Shown: positions 30,603 to 40,681, numbered from the stretch's first letter. The stretch is 64,000 bases of DNA from Bacteroidales bacterium (GCA_045629225.1 JAZQQU010000062.1:33867-97866), one strand, 5' to 3'. Notes: generated by a model from the sequence alone, not told the origin. Numbers and translations: made by a program.

Positions 30603-31691
30603 ATGAACAAGTCTTTACTCATCATTGCAGCTAGTTGCCTCTCTCTCAGCGCTACTGCCCAGCAGATTACCGAAGGGCCTATTCTGGATCAGTTCCCAGG
30701 CCAGGCTAGCTACTACAACATGTCTGGTCGTGTCGAGGGTTATCAAGACGAGGGCATTCCCGTACAGGCACAGCTCGAAAGCGACATCGTTTATCTCTCG
30801 AACATCGTTCCTGGCATGTTCGAAGAGACTGTAGTCATCACAGCCACCCGGGAGGGCAACACCATCACCATCCCTACACAGAAGATTTATACAGGCTACA
30901 ACATCTTCGACATGTTTACAGCCGACATCACCATCGGTAAGATGAACTCACAGGGTCTGCCCGACAACAACGGCTACCAGATGGTCATCAACGCTGATGG
31001 CTCCATTACCGATCCAAGCAATCAAATTATTGCCATCTATGGTGACCTCTCGGATTATGGCATGGGCAGCTACGAGCTCCTCACCTACGTACAGGGCGTG
31101 CAGCTGGCTCCATACCAGCAAAGCGAGCAGACCTTCCTGCCTGAGGGTGCTGTAACCCGCGAATATACATTCGAGTATAAGGGCAAGTGGGGCTACAACT
31201 ATTCTGAGGTCGGCCAGGTGTATGTCGATGGCGAGACCGTATATCTTGATGGCCTGACTGGTGGCACTGGCATCTGGGTCAAGGGCACATTGGCCGATGG
31301 CAAGCTCACCATCCCTTCAGGCCAGTTCATGGGTCCAAACCTCACCTATCTCTACAATTTCCAGGCACTCGACAACCTCCAGCTCGACAAGGAGGGCTTC
31401 GTCAAGAGCTATAACCTGCTGCCAGAACTCACACTCCTCGTCACTGACGAAGGCTTCGTAGCCGAGGAGGGTCAGGTGGCCGGTCTGGTATGCGACATCA
31501 ACGATTACCTCGGCCCATACATGCAGGATCTGGTCATCACCAAGAACTTCGATGACGACGACGTAGTCACCAGCATCAGTCAGGTTGAGGCTGCCACCTC
31601 AGCCATACAATACGACCTCCAGGGCCGGCGCGCTGGATTCGATGCTAAGGGTCTCGTGATCCGCAATGGCAAGCTTAATTTCGTCAAGTAA
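30603..31691 (+). CDS. T9SS-sorted hypothetical protein
   Basis: Signal peptide; C-terminal QYDLQGRRAG...GLVIRNGKLNFVK sorting-domain-like tail; internal module shared with the next gene. Confidence 0.6.
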   Translation: MNKSLLIIAASCLSLSATAQQITEGPILDQFPGQASYYNMSGRVEGYQDEGIPVQAQLESDIVYLSNIVPGMFEETVVITATREGNTITIPTQKIYTGYNIFDMFTADITIGKMNSQGLPDNNGYQMVINADGSITDPSNQIIAIYGDLSDYGMGSYELLTYVQGVQLAPYQQSEQTFLPEGAVTREYTFEYKGKWGYNYSEVGQVYVDGETVYLDGLTGGTGIWVKGTLADGKLTIPSGQFMGPNLTYLYNFQALDNLQLDKEGFVKSYNLLPELTLLVTDEGFVAEEGQVAGLVCDINDYLGPYMQDLVITKNFDDDDVVTSISQVEAATSAIQYDLQGRRAGFDAKGLVIRNGKLNFVK

Positions 31692-31723
31692 CCCAAACAC
31701 CTATACACATAATTATCGAAAAA

Positions 31724-33451
31724 ATGAAATTATTTGCACTCGCAATGATGGCAGCTGCCTGCACCGTGGCTGCCAATGCCCAGACCCCTTATGGCAATCT
31801 GGACAATCAGGACGACGCCTACCTCAAGGCTCGCCAAGTGAAAGAAACTGACTACGTCATCAAGCTCGCTACCACTCCTGTAGCCAGCACAATTGCCAAG
31901 GCTCCAGCCGAGGAGGGGCTCACCGCTATGTTCGACCAGCCTGAGGGCGAGAAGATCCTGATGCGTCGCACTGGCACAGACTATCTGCCTATGTGGGGTT
32001 CACCATCTCCTGCTGACTACACAGACAAGGGTACCTATGTCGTAAAGGGCACCGATGGCAACTATTACTTCAAGAACTTCGTCACCAATATGTGTAACGG
32101 TGGCGCATGGGTCAAGGGCACCGTGGAGGGTGACATCGTGTCGGTAGCCACTGGCCAGATCTGCACCCAGCTTTGGTGGGACAATAGCAACGGACGCGAG
32201 CTGTTCACTTACTACCTGTATGCGCTCAACTTTACTACCCACACAGAGGTTGACCCTTACTATGGCACCGAGTACGAGGTACGCGAGTACTTCCCTGTGA
32301 TGGACGTGGAGTCTATCCAGTTCCGCATCCAAGAGGATGGCAGCCTTACTACTCTCGACTCAGAGATGCTCTATGGCGGCGTGGAGATGGTGAATGGTGA
32401 GTGGTCATGGCCTGGCTACGGCGACAAGAACTGCTGCTTCTACCCCAGCGACGAGGCAATCGAGACAGCTCCAGCCGATGCTGAGTTCAAGCCAATGCTG
32501 ATGAAGTACAGCGTGTACAGCCAGGACAGCTACCGCTTTGTCGAGGCTGCCTATCACGACTACTTGCTATATATCCGTGGTTTGGCCGAAATCCTGCCAG
32601 AGGGCATAGTAGTAGGCATTGAGAATACTGACAGTGGCAGCTTCAAGTTCCTTTCAGGCGAATTCATGGGCGTGGAGGAGAAGTATAGCACCATGGTATT
32701 CCTGAAGGGTGCCCAGTCGGTAGTCAACGTTGACGAATGGGGCTGGACAACTATCAGCTTCGAGCCATGCGACATGGTGGAGCTGACTTACGATGCCGAG
32801 AAGGACCAGTACGAGATGCCAGAGAATGCCATGTTGGTAAACGTAGGTCCTAACGAGATTCTACACCACGAGGCATACGACCGTCCAACCATGAAATGGT
32901 GGAATGAGGTGGCTGCCACACCAGCAACACCTGTATGGACCCAGTTCATGCCTTACACTGTATTCGACTGGGGCGCATGGGGCTATGCAGGCTTCGATAT
33001 CTACACTCTGGACGTCGATGGCAACTATATCCTGCCTGATGAGCTCTACTACATCTGCTATCTTGACGATGCAGTGTTCGAGATCTATGACGAGGCAACA
33101 CGTACCATCTACGACGAGATTCCATATAACTTCTCGAACAACGATGTCGTAGGTGGTGGCTACAACTCGCACTACATCTACTTCTACGTTGACGGCTTCG
33201 AGCGCTTCGGTGTGCAGAGCGTTTACTATGGAGGCGGCGAGCGCAAGTGCTCACCAGTCGTTTACTATGGCGAGGAGCCAGAAGATCCAGTTGATCCAGT
33301 AGCTATCAGCACAGCCAACCGTGAGATCAGCAGCACCAGCATCACTGACGCTTCAGGCAATGTACGCTCACACCTCGGCCAGGGTCTTAACATTGTGACT
33401 GTCCGCTATACCGACGGCACCGTCAAGACTGCCAAGATGATGATCAAGTAA
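31724..33451 (+). CDS. T9SS-sorted hypothetical protein, paralogous to the previous gene
   Basis: Signal peptide; shared WVKGT..G......GQ and SG(Q/E)FMG modules; C-terminal ...GLNIVTVRYTDGTVKTAKMMIK tail. Confidence 0.6.
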   Translation: MKLFALAMMAAACTVAANAQTPYGNLDNQDDAYLKARQVKETDYVIKLATTPVASTIAKAPAEEGLTAMFDQPEGEKILMRRTGTDYLPMWGSPSPADYTDKGTYVVKGTDGNYYFKNFVTNMCNGGAWVKGTVEGDIVSVATGQICTQLWWDNSNGRELFTYYLYALNFTTHTEVDPYYGTEYEVREYFPVMDVESIQFRIQEDGSLTTLDSEMLYGGVEMVNGEWSWPGYGDKNCCFYPSDEAIETAPADAEFKPMLMKYSVYSQDSYRFVEAAYHDYLLYIRGLAEILPEGIVVGIENTDSGSFKFLSGEFMGVEEKYSTMVFLKGAQSVVNVDEWGWTTISFEPCDMVELTYDAEKDQYEMPENAMLVNVGPNEILHHEAYDRPTMKWWNEVAATPATPVWTQFMPYTVFDWGAWGYAGFDIYTLDVDGNYILPDELYYICYLDDAVFEIYDEATRTIYDEIPYNFSNNDVVGGGYNSHYIYFYVDGFERFGVQSVYYGGGERKCSPVVYYGEEPEDPVDPVAISTANREISSTSITDASGNVRSHLGQGLNIVTVRYTDGTVKTAKMMIK

Positions 33452-33497
33452 ATCAAAAGAATACCGCTCGGCACATTTGCCTCCAGCGCATTCCTAA

Positions 33498-33549
33498 CAT
33501 TAAACAACGCCCTCGCTATCAAAAAGAATAGCGAGGGCGTTGTTTAATG
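33498..33549. terminator. strong bidirectional terminator
   Basis: CATTAAACAACGCCCTCGCTAT pairs with ATAGCGAGGGCGTTGTTTAATG in a 22-bp perfect stem with an 8-nt loop, between convergent genes. Confidence 0.8.
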
Positions 33550-33619
33550 TCTAGTATCAATTATTTCCTCTGAGTTCTTTGATGGAGGAAACATGTGCAG
33601 TGAAAAGGCTTGAATTTTA

Positions 33620-35257
33620 TTACATCATGCCGCCCATACCGCCCATGCCTGGGCCACCAGCTGGCATGGCTGGCTCTGGAGCAGGCTTGTCAGCAATGAC
33701 GCATTCAGTGGTGAGGAACATGCCTGCAATCGAAGCAGCGTTCTCCAATGCTACACGAGCCACCTTGGCGGGATCAATCACACCTGCAGCGAGGAAATTC
33801 TCATAAACATCGGTGCGGGCATTGTAACCGAAGTCCTTCTCGCCCTCTTTCACCTTCTGTACGATCACGGCACCCTCCTTGCCAGCATTGGCTACAATCT
33901 GGCGGAGTGGCTCCTCGATGGCGCGCTTCACGATCTCGATGCCAAGCTGCTCGTCATCGTTCTCGCCCTTGAGGCCCTCCAGGTTGTCGATGGCACGGAT
34001 GTAGGCAACACCACCACCAGGCACGATACCCTCGGCCATAGCAGCACGAGTAGCGCAGAGTGCGTCATCTACACGATCCTTCTTCTCCTTCATCTCTACC
34101 TCTGAGGCTGCACCTACATGGAGCACTGCCACGCCACCTGCCAACTTGGCCAGACGCTCCTGCAGCTTCTCCTTGTCATACTCAGAAGTGGTCTTCTCAA
34201 TCTGAGCCTTGATGGTCTGTACACGCTGAGCAATCTGCTCCTTCTGGCCAGCTCCATCCACAATGGTGGTGTTCTCCTTCGAGACAGTCACCTTGTCAGC
34301 ACGACCGAGCATCTCGAGAGTAGCATTCTCAAGCTTCAGACCTACCTCCTCGCTGATCACGATGCCACCAGTCAGGATGGCAATGTCCTGCAGCATCTCC
34401 TTACGACGGTCACCGAAGCCTGGAGCCTTGACAGCGCAGATTTTGAGCGAGCCACGCAGTGAGTTGAGCACGAGGGTTGCGAGTGCCTGTGAGTCAACAT
34501 CCTCAGCGATGATGAGGAGTGGACGACCCTGCTTAGCCACTGGCTCGAGCACTGGCAGGAGATCCTGAAGGTTCGAGATCTTCTTGTCGTAAATCAGGAT
34601 AGCTGGCTGATCCATCTCGCAGGTCTGCTTCTCAGCATTGTTCATGAAGTATGGCGAGATGTAACCGCGGTCAAACTGCATGCCTTCAACCACATCGACG
34701 GTGGTATCCATGCCCTTGGCCTCCTCAACGGTGATGACGCCTTCCTTCTTCACAGTCTTCATAGCCTCAGCAATCAGCTTGCCGATCTCCTCGTCGTTGT
34801 TGGCCGAAATGCGAGCTACATTCTCGATCTTTGTGTAGTCGTCACCGATCTCCTCGCTCTGAGCCTTGATGCTCTCCACAACCTTAGCCACAGCCTTGTC
34901 GATGCCGCGCTTCAGATCCATCGGGTTGGCACCTGCAGTCACGTTCTTGAGACCTACACCGATGATTGACTGAGCCAGCACGGTGGCAGTGGTGGTGCCA
35001 TCGCCAGCATCATCGCCGGTCTTCGAGGCCACCTCCTTGTCGAGCTGAGCGCCCATGTTCTCAAATGGATCCTCAAGCTCTACCTCCTTTGCTACACTGA
35101 CGCCATCCTTGGTGATGTGTGGAGCACCGAACTTCTTGTCGATAATTACGTTGCGACCCTTAGGGCCGAGAGTTACCTTCACTGCATTGGCGAGCTGATC
35201 GACACCGCTCTTGAGCAGGTCACGGCTCTCTGTATTAAATTTGATGATTTTTGACAT
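33620..35257 (-). CDS. groL: chaperonin GroEL
   Basis: Unmistakable GroEL sequence through to the GGMGGMM tail. The start is set at MSKIIKF by family alignment. Confidence 0.97.
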   Translation of the reverse strand: MSKIIKFNTESRDLLKSGVDQLANAVKVTLGPKGRNVIIDKKFGAPHITKDGVSVAKEVELEDPFENMGAQLDKEVASKTGDDAGDGTTTATVLAQSIIGVGLKNVTAGANPMDLKRGIDKAVAKVVESIKAQSEEIGDDYTKIENVARISANNDEEIGKLIAEAMKTVKKEGVITVEEAKGMDTTVDVVEGMQFDRGYISPYFMNNAEKQTCEMDQPAILIYDKKISNLQDLLPVLEPVAKQGRPLLIIAEDVDSQALATLVLNSLRGSLKICAVKAPGFGDRRKEMLQDIAILTGGIVISEEVGLKLENATLEMLGRADKVTVSKENTTIVDGAGQKEQIAQRVQTIKAQIEKTTSEYDKEKLQERLAKLAGGVAVLHVGAASEVEMKEKKDRVDDALCATRAAMAEGIVPGGGVAYIRAIDNLEGLKGENDDEQLGIEIVKRAIEEPLRQIVANAGKEGAVIVQKVKEGEKDFGYNARTDVYENFLAAGVIDPAKVARVALENAASIAGMFLTTECVIADKPAPEPAMPAGGPGMGGMGGMM

Positions 35258-35271
35258 ATATAAAAGAACCC

Positions 35272-35431
35272 ATCCCCGACACTTTCCCCCTTGCATGGAG
35301 GAAGGAAGTATAATACAGGATTATTCGGGGTACGCCCTGGGAAATTGGACGTTTTTAATTATTTATGATTATAATTTGTAGTTTTGGCTATCCCTATCCC
35401 TGACATTCTCCTTGCATGGAAAGGGATGGAG
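35272..35431 (-). repeat. two copies of a ~37-nt element bracketing the groES-groEL spacer
   Basis: 35272-35308 and 35396-35431 share ATCCC(C/T)GACA(C/T)T.TCC..TTGCATGGA at about 80 percent identity. Confidence 0.75.
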
Positions 35432-35433
35432 GC

Positions 35434-35706
35434 TTACTCAATAATTGCCAGAATATCTGACTGGCGCATCACCAGATATTTTTCTCCCTCGAATTCAAGT
35501 TCCTGGCCAGCATACTTGCCGTAGAGTACGGTGTCGCCTACCTTTACGACCATAGCCTCGTCCTTAGTGCCCTGACCGGCAGCTACGATCTCGCCCTTGA
35601 GGGGCTTCTCCTTGGCGGTGTCTGGGATGATGATGCCGCCAATGGTCTTCTCTTCAGCAGGAGCGGGCTTGATGAGCACGCGGTCTGCAAGTGGTTGAAT
35701 CTTCAT
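35434..35706 (-). CDS. groS: co-chaperonin GroES
   Basis: 90 aa; canonical GroES sequence ([13 protein letters not shown]...[13 protein letters not shown]). Confidence 0.97.
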   Translation of the reverse strand: MKIQPLADRVLIKPAPAEEKTIGGIIIPDTAKEKPLKGEIVAAGQGTKDEAMVVKVGDTVLYGKYAGQELEFEGEKYLVMRQSDILAIIE

Positions 35707-35954
35707 AATCGATTTTGTTTTTAATATTTAATATTGTAGTTTGTTCATTAGCTTCATTGCTTCTTCGCTGTGACCTATGGTCCTGCATCTGCAATGTTAG
35801 CCGATGTTGAGACACCGACACTTCGATAGTTGCAAAACCCGTGCCAAATGTCCAAACAGACAAAATGTCCTGCTGTAGGACATATATTTTATTTTTTTCG
35901 CGTTCAATAATGCACTTTATCGGTCAAAAATTTGGTAATGTCGCGAAGAATCCA

Positions 35955-35962
35955 TATTTTTG
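35955..35962 (+). promoter_or_regulatory. -7 box for the 2-hydroxyacid dehydrogenase gene
   Basis: TATTTTTG with TTTG exactly 20 nt upstream (35931-35934). Confidence 0.6.
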
Positions 35963-36038
35963 CAGGAGCAATTCAAGGGATTCTGCCCCTTGCGCCACCT
36001 ATCATTCATTCGAAAAGCCCACCTTCAATCTTTACACG

Positions 36039-37004
36039 ATGAAAATTGTCATTCTTGATGCGTATGCTGCCAATCCTGGCGATATCTCATGGGAACCATG
36101 GGAGCAATTGGCCAATGTGGAACTCGTACGCTACGACCGAACCGAACCTAACGAAACCGTGCGTCGCTGTGAGGACGCAGACATGGTGCTGACCAACAAA
36201 GTTCTGATTACTGCCGAAGTGATGGCTCAGCTGCCCAAGCTGCGCTATGTGGGTGTGCTGGCCACAGGCTACAATGTAGTCGATACTGCCGAAGCCTCAC
36301 GTCGTAGCATCGTAGTGACCAACATCCCGGCTTACAGCACGCGCTCAGTAGCACAGATGGTGATGGCACACCTGCTCAACATTACGCACCACGTGGCTGA
36401 CCATGCCACAGCTGTGCGATATGGACGCTGGGAGAAAAACCAGGATTTCTGCTTCTGGGATTCGCCCCTCCTTGAACTCGACGGACTCACCATCGGCCTT
36501 GTCGGACTGGGCAACACTGGTAGCGCCACAGCCACCATCGCCCAGAGCATGGGCATGAGGGTTTTGGCCTACAGCAGCAAGCCTGCTGAGGAACTGGCCA
36601 TGCGAGGCATCTACAAGGCACAGTCGCTCAACGCCCTGTTCCGCGAGGCTGACGTAGTGAGCCTGCACTGTCCGCTCACTCCCGACACTAAGCATCTGGT
36701 CAATGCCTCGCGACTCCGCATGATGAAGCCTTCAGCCATCCTGATCAACACAGGGCGCGGCCCACTCGTCGACGAGAAGGCTCTGGCCGACGCTCTCAAC
36801 AGTGGTCGTATCTACGCAGCTGGTCTCGACGTACTTCAGGAAGAACCGCCACGCAGCGGTTCGCCCCTGATCAAAGCCCAGAACTGCTACATCACTCCCC
36901 ACATTGCCTGGGCCACCAAGGCTGCACGAGAGCGACTCATGACGATTGCCCTCGACAACGTGAAGGCCTTCATCGATGGCAAGGTGCAGAATCAGGTAAA
37001 CTGA
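36039..37004 (+). CDS. D-isomer-specific 2-hydroxyacid dehydrogenase (glycerate dehydrogenase-like)
   Basis: NAD-binding fold GLVGLGNTGSA, catalytic-region pattern (NTGRGPLVD...TPHIAWAT). The start is the first ATG after the predicted promoter. Confidence 0.8.
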   Translation: MKIVILDAYAANPGDISWEPWEQLANVELVRYDRTEPNETVRRCEDADMVLTNKVLITAEVMAQLPKLRYVGVLATGYNVVDTAEASRRSIVVTNIPAYSTRSVAQMVMAHLLNITHHVADHATAVRYGRWEKNQDFCFWDSPLLELDGLTIGLVGLGNTGSATATIAQSMGMRVLAYSSKPAEELAMRGIYKAQSLNALFREADVVSLHCPLTPDTKHLVNASRLRMMKPSAILINTGRGPLVDEKALADALNSGRIYAAGLDVLQEEPPRSGSPLIKAQNCYITPHIAWATKAARERLMTIALDNVKAFIDGKVQNQVN

Positions 37005-37037
37005 GCCTACGCTCCCCCATGTAGGTTCTGACCAAGA

Positions 37038-37263
37038 CATTGTGGATACACGAAAGCATGCCAGAGATGCTGGCAGAAAAATGTGGTTCCACAAAGACTT
37101 GCCAGAGATGCTGACAAAAAAATGTGCATGCACAAAAGGTTGCCAGAGATGCTGACGAAGAAATGTGGACACACAATTGCTTGCCAGAGACACAGACAAA
37201 CAATTGTGGCTGCACAAAAGCTTGCCAGAGATGCTGGTGAACTATTGTGGTTACACAACGCAT
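37038..37263 (+). repeat. 41-bp tandem array B, 5 full units plus a half unit
   Basis: Units start at 37038, 37079, 37120, 37161, 37202 and 37243. Module 1 has the same orientation as in array A. Module 2 is the reverse complement (CTTGCCAGAGATGCTGGCA). Confidence 0.95.
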
Positions 37264-37325
37264 ACAGAAGATAACAGAGAACACATCTTCACTAACCGAA
37301 AACAGAGGAACCAAAAAAATGAAAG

Positions 37326-37367
37326 AATGAAGCAGCAAAGGCTCATTCTTTCATTTTATGATTTTAA
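37326..37367. terminator. bidirectional terminator
   Basis: AAAATGAAAGAATGA pairs with TCATTCTTTCATTTT in a 15-bp stem with a 12-nt loop, between convergent genes. Confidence 0.7.
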
Positions 37368-37382
37368 ATATCTATAATTGCA

Positions 37383-40300
37383 TTAGAATGGACGGCCACC
37401 GCCGAAGCCGCCACGACCACCACCGGGGAAACCACCGCCTGGGAAGCCTCCGAAGCCTTCGTCCTGTGTGCGAGTGCTCTGCTTGCCACTGGCACGATAG
37501 GCAGTGATCTTATAGGTGAAGGTCAGCAGGAAGTAGCGAGGCATGAAGTTGCGATAGGTCAGGTTGATATTCGAGTCACCTACCGAACGGGTAAAGCCCT
37601 TGTTGGCACCAAGGATGTCGTATGCCTGAAGCTTGATCTCTGCCTTGTTGCCCTTGAGGAACTTCTTGCCAAGCGAAGCATTCCAGATCCACTGCTCGAT
37701 AGCCTCTGGCTGCGATGGACCACCAAAACGAGAGTAGTTGAGAGACTGGTCGGTAGTGAAGCCCTCCCAGAATGTCCAGTTGAGGCTGGCATTGAGGTTG
37801 TGGTTGATGAAGTCCTTGTTGGCCGCATTGCCCTCGGTATCGCTTACCCACTGGAACGAAGGTGCATACATGAAATTAAAGTTCAAGTCGGTCGAAATGT
37901 TGCTCGAGATGTGCAGACGAGGGTTGAAGCCGAGCGACTGAGTACGCGAGTCAACACTCTGGATGATAGGAGTGCCCTGAGCGTCGTCACCGAAGTAGTA
38001 GAGCTGATTCGAAGGGTTGATGGCATAATTACCACCCAGCGAAATATTGACGTTGCTCATGATCAGGTCGAATGGAAGGCCATAACCGACATTGAAGAAC
38101 AGGTTCTGGTAGCCATCGCGATTGACAGGACGGGTGACCGAGGCACCAGCGCCAAGCGCCAGGTTGTCGAACACATCGTCGAAACCGTACTTAACACGGT
38201 CATCAGCGCTGATCTTATTGAATGGCAGAGACAGCTCGGTGCGGTTGACAAGGCTCTGGTTGCTGATCTGATTCTGTGTGAAGTTGTATCCACCGAAGAT
38301 CATGAAGTTCTGTGCGGTCTCAGTGTTGGTGTAGATCATGTTGAAGTTCACGTTGTGCGAACGACTCTGATCCAGGTCAGGGTTACCCGTGCTATACGAC
38401 ATTGCATTCGTGGTGTTGACACTCTTCTGCAAATTGTTGATGCTTGGGTTGCTGCTGCGCGAGTTATAGTTGATGCGGAACTGTGTGCCGCCCTCAGTAC
38501 GGTACTCAATGCGCAGGTTAGGCAGGATGCTGTTGTACGACTTTGAGGTCTTGAACGAGCGGTTATTGGCATCGTTGGTTGCCAGCAGGAAGTAATCCTG
38601 CTCGCCGTCGAGCTTAGAGTTCTCGAAGCGTACCGAACCGTTCATGCGGAGGGTTCCCTTGTTGAAACTCAGGCCAAGCTCACCGCTATTGCGCAGGTTC
38701 GACTGCTTGTAAGTATTGGAATTGTACTTATCATGCTCCTGGAACGAAGAGAATTTGTCATCGTTGTAGAAGTCGATCTTTGTCTCGCGCTCCGACTGGT
38801 TGTAGTTCAGATCGTAGCGCAGCGAAAGGTTGAGACCTGTGGCCAATGGCTCGGTCCACTGCACGTTACCACCAAAGTTACTATTCTCATTATTGTTGAG
38901 ATTCAGCTGATTCTCAAGCGTACGAATCATGCCCATGGTGTAGTCCTTGATGTTGTGCCCCTCGCTGTCGCTGCCAGAGGCACCGCCATTGAAGTTGACG
39001 CTGAAGGTGCGGCCTGGCTTGTCGAGACGATGGCGCCACAGGACATTGGCACGCAGATTCCACGAGTCAGACTCTGAGTCGCTAATGGTAGAACTCATAG
39101 AGAGCACATCGTCCCACAGGCCGCCTTGAGGCTGACGCTTGAGGTCAGTCATCACAGCATCGAGCGAGTAGTTCCATGAACGGCTGGCAGAGATGCCATT
39201 GTTGTCGGAACTCTGGAAGTTGATCGACGGACGGATCATAATCTCGTCGCGGTCGGTCGGCTTGAAGGTGATGCGACCACCAATGCGGTGACTCATTGAG
39301 TGATTGAGGCGCGTAGAGGCCGAATAGCGAGCCGAGGCGGGAATCACCAGTTCATTGCCATCCTTGCCGATCACCGTGCGCTCCAGGTTATCGACATACG
39401 AGGTGTCAGCATTGGCCACACGGTTCTGATTGAAGAAGTATGACATCTCAACCTCCACCTTGCCTGACTTATAAACATCGCTGAAATTGATACCAAGGCC
39501 ATTGGTACGAGCCACACCCTGTGCTCCCCATTGACGTCCGCCCATCATGCCGCCACCGGCAGCCATGTCATCGTTCGAGAAGTTGCGCTCGTTGACGTTA
39601 TTACTCATACCCTGCAGGGTGATACGACGATCGCCATTGAACATATTGATGTTGAAGCCTGAGTTCCAATAGCCATTGTCGAAGGTAAAGTTGTTGCCAA
39701 TGCCACCGAACACCTTGCCGAACACACCATTGCGACGATATGACTTAGTGATGAGGTCCATGGCCTTGACGGTCTCGCCATCGTCGATACCTGTGAACTC
39801 GGCCTGGTCAGACTTCTTGTCGAACACATTGACCGACTCCAGGACCTCGGCTGGCAGCGAACGAAGTGCCATCTTGACATCGTTGTCAAAGAACTCCTTT
39901 CCATCGACCAGAATCTTCTGAATAGTCTCACCCTGAGCCTTGACTCCCTCGCCAGTCACTTCGATGCCTGGCATCTTGCCAACAAGTTCTTCGGCTGAAG
40001 CACCATCCTGCACCTTGTAGGCATCGGCGTTGTAAGCCAAAGTGTCACCCTTCTGCTTGATGCGCTGACTGTGTCCGATGGTCTCGACCTCAGCCAACAC
40101 GCGTGGATCCTCCTTGAGTTTGATCTGACCCACCTTGGCGCGACCAGGGAAAAGATTGACGTCCTTGTGGAGTTCCTTGTAGCCCACATAGGTGACATCG
40201 AGAGAATACTTGCCCGGACGATTGACCTCGAAGGTAAACTTACCATCAGCGTCCGAAATACCGAAGGTGCCCGTACCGCCATCCGATGACGTTACCTTAA

Positions 40301-40472
40301 CAGCCACACCCACCAAAGGTTCGAGTGTTTTGCTGTCCACTACACTTCCTTCAGCCTTGATGGCCACATTGCGACCTGGCTGAGCCATGAGCATCACTGC
40401 TCCAAAAACGAACAAAAGGACGGTCAGAATAAACCGACGCCCCCTGCTTAAGTAGTTCATACTATATTGCAT
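37383..40472 (-). CDS. large outer-membrane beta-barrel protein with a carboxypeptidase-regulatory-like N-domain
   Basis: Signal peptide, CarbopepD_reg-like segment (GSVVDSKTLEPLVGVAVKV), long barrel region, and a glycine-rich tail ending in ...GGGRPF. Confidence 0.65.
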   Translation of the reverse strand: MQYSMNYLSRGRRFILTVLLFVFGAVMLMAQPGRNVAIKAEGSVVDSKTLEPLVGVAVKVTSSDGGTGTFGISDADGKFTFEVNRPGKYSLDVTYVGYKELHKDVNLFPGRAKVGQIKLKEDPRVLAEVETIGHSQRIKQKGDTLAYNADAYKVQDGASAEELVGKMPGIEVTGEGVKAQGETIQKILVDGKEFFDNDVKMALRSLPAEVLESVNVFDKKSDQAEFTGIDDGETVKAMDLITKSYRRNGVFGKVFGGIGNNFTFDNGYWNSGFNINMFNGDRRITLQGMSNNVNERNFSNDDMAAGGGMMGGRQWGAQGVARTNGLGINFSDVYKSGKVEVEMSYFFNQNRVANADTSYVDNLERTVIGKDGNELVIPASARYSASTRLNHSMSHRIGGRITFKPTDRDEIMIRPSINFQSSDNNGISASRSWNYSLDAVMTDLKRQPQGGLWDDVLSMSSTISDSESDSWNLRANVLWRHRLDKPGRTFSVNFNGGASGSDSEGHNIKDYTMGMIRTLENQLNLNNNENSNFGGNVQWTEPLATGLNLSLRYDLNYNQSERETKIDFYNDDKFSSFQEHDKYNSNTYKQSNLRNSGELGLSFNKGTLRMNGSVRFENSKLDGEQDYFLLATNDANNRSFKTSKSYNSILPNLRIEYRTEGGTQFRINYNSRSSNPSINNLQKSVNTTNAMSYSTGNPDLDQSRSHNVNFNMIYTNTETAQNFMIFGGYNFTQNQISNQSLVNRTELSLPFNKISADDRVKYGFDDVFDNLALGAGASVTRPVNRDGYQNLFFNVGYGLPFDLIMSNVNISLGGNYAINPSNQLYYFGDDAQGTPIIQSVDSRTQSLGFNPRLHISSNISTDLNFNFMYAPSFQWVSDTEGNAANKDFINHNLNASLNWTFWEGFTTDQSLNYSRFGGPSQPEAIEQWIWNASLGKKFLKGNKAEIKLQAYDILGANKGFTRSVGDSNINLTYRNFMPRYFLLTFTYKITAYRASGKQSTRTQDEGFGGFPGGGFPGGGRGGFGGGRPF

Positions 40473-40616
40473 GTCAGTTTCAAAAATTATTTTTCGAAAC
40501 TTTAGACGAAGGTAAGTTTGGAAGGTTTAATTTGATAATAATAATTTTTGTTGCTTTCACATTTTTTCATGTTTCTCGTCTTGAGCAGAGGGCGCAACTG
40601 GTTCTGAGGTGGTTGC

Positions 40617-40660
40617 AAAAAAAAACGAGCATCGTCCCCATGACATTCACAGGGACGATG
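40617..40660 (-). terminator. intrinsic terminator of pfkA
   Basis: On the minus strand a 9-bp stem (CATCGTCCC/GGGACGATG) is followed by a T9 run. Confidence 0.7.
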
Positions 40661-40681
40661 TACAATTTCTGGATAAATTGA

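Noticed and set aside
35707-35900. CIRCE (HrcA operator) upstream of groES.
   Set aside because: Nothing resembling TTAGCACTC-N9-GAGTGCTAA is present on either strand.
36732-37377. ORFs of 60-160 aa across array B on both strands.
   Set aside because: This is the same artefact as in array A. They overlap the 3' end of a well-supported dehydrogenase gene and the repeat array.
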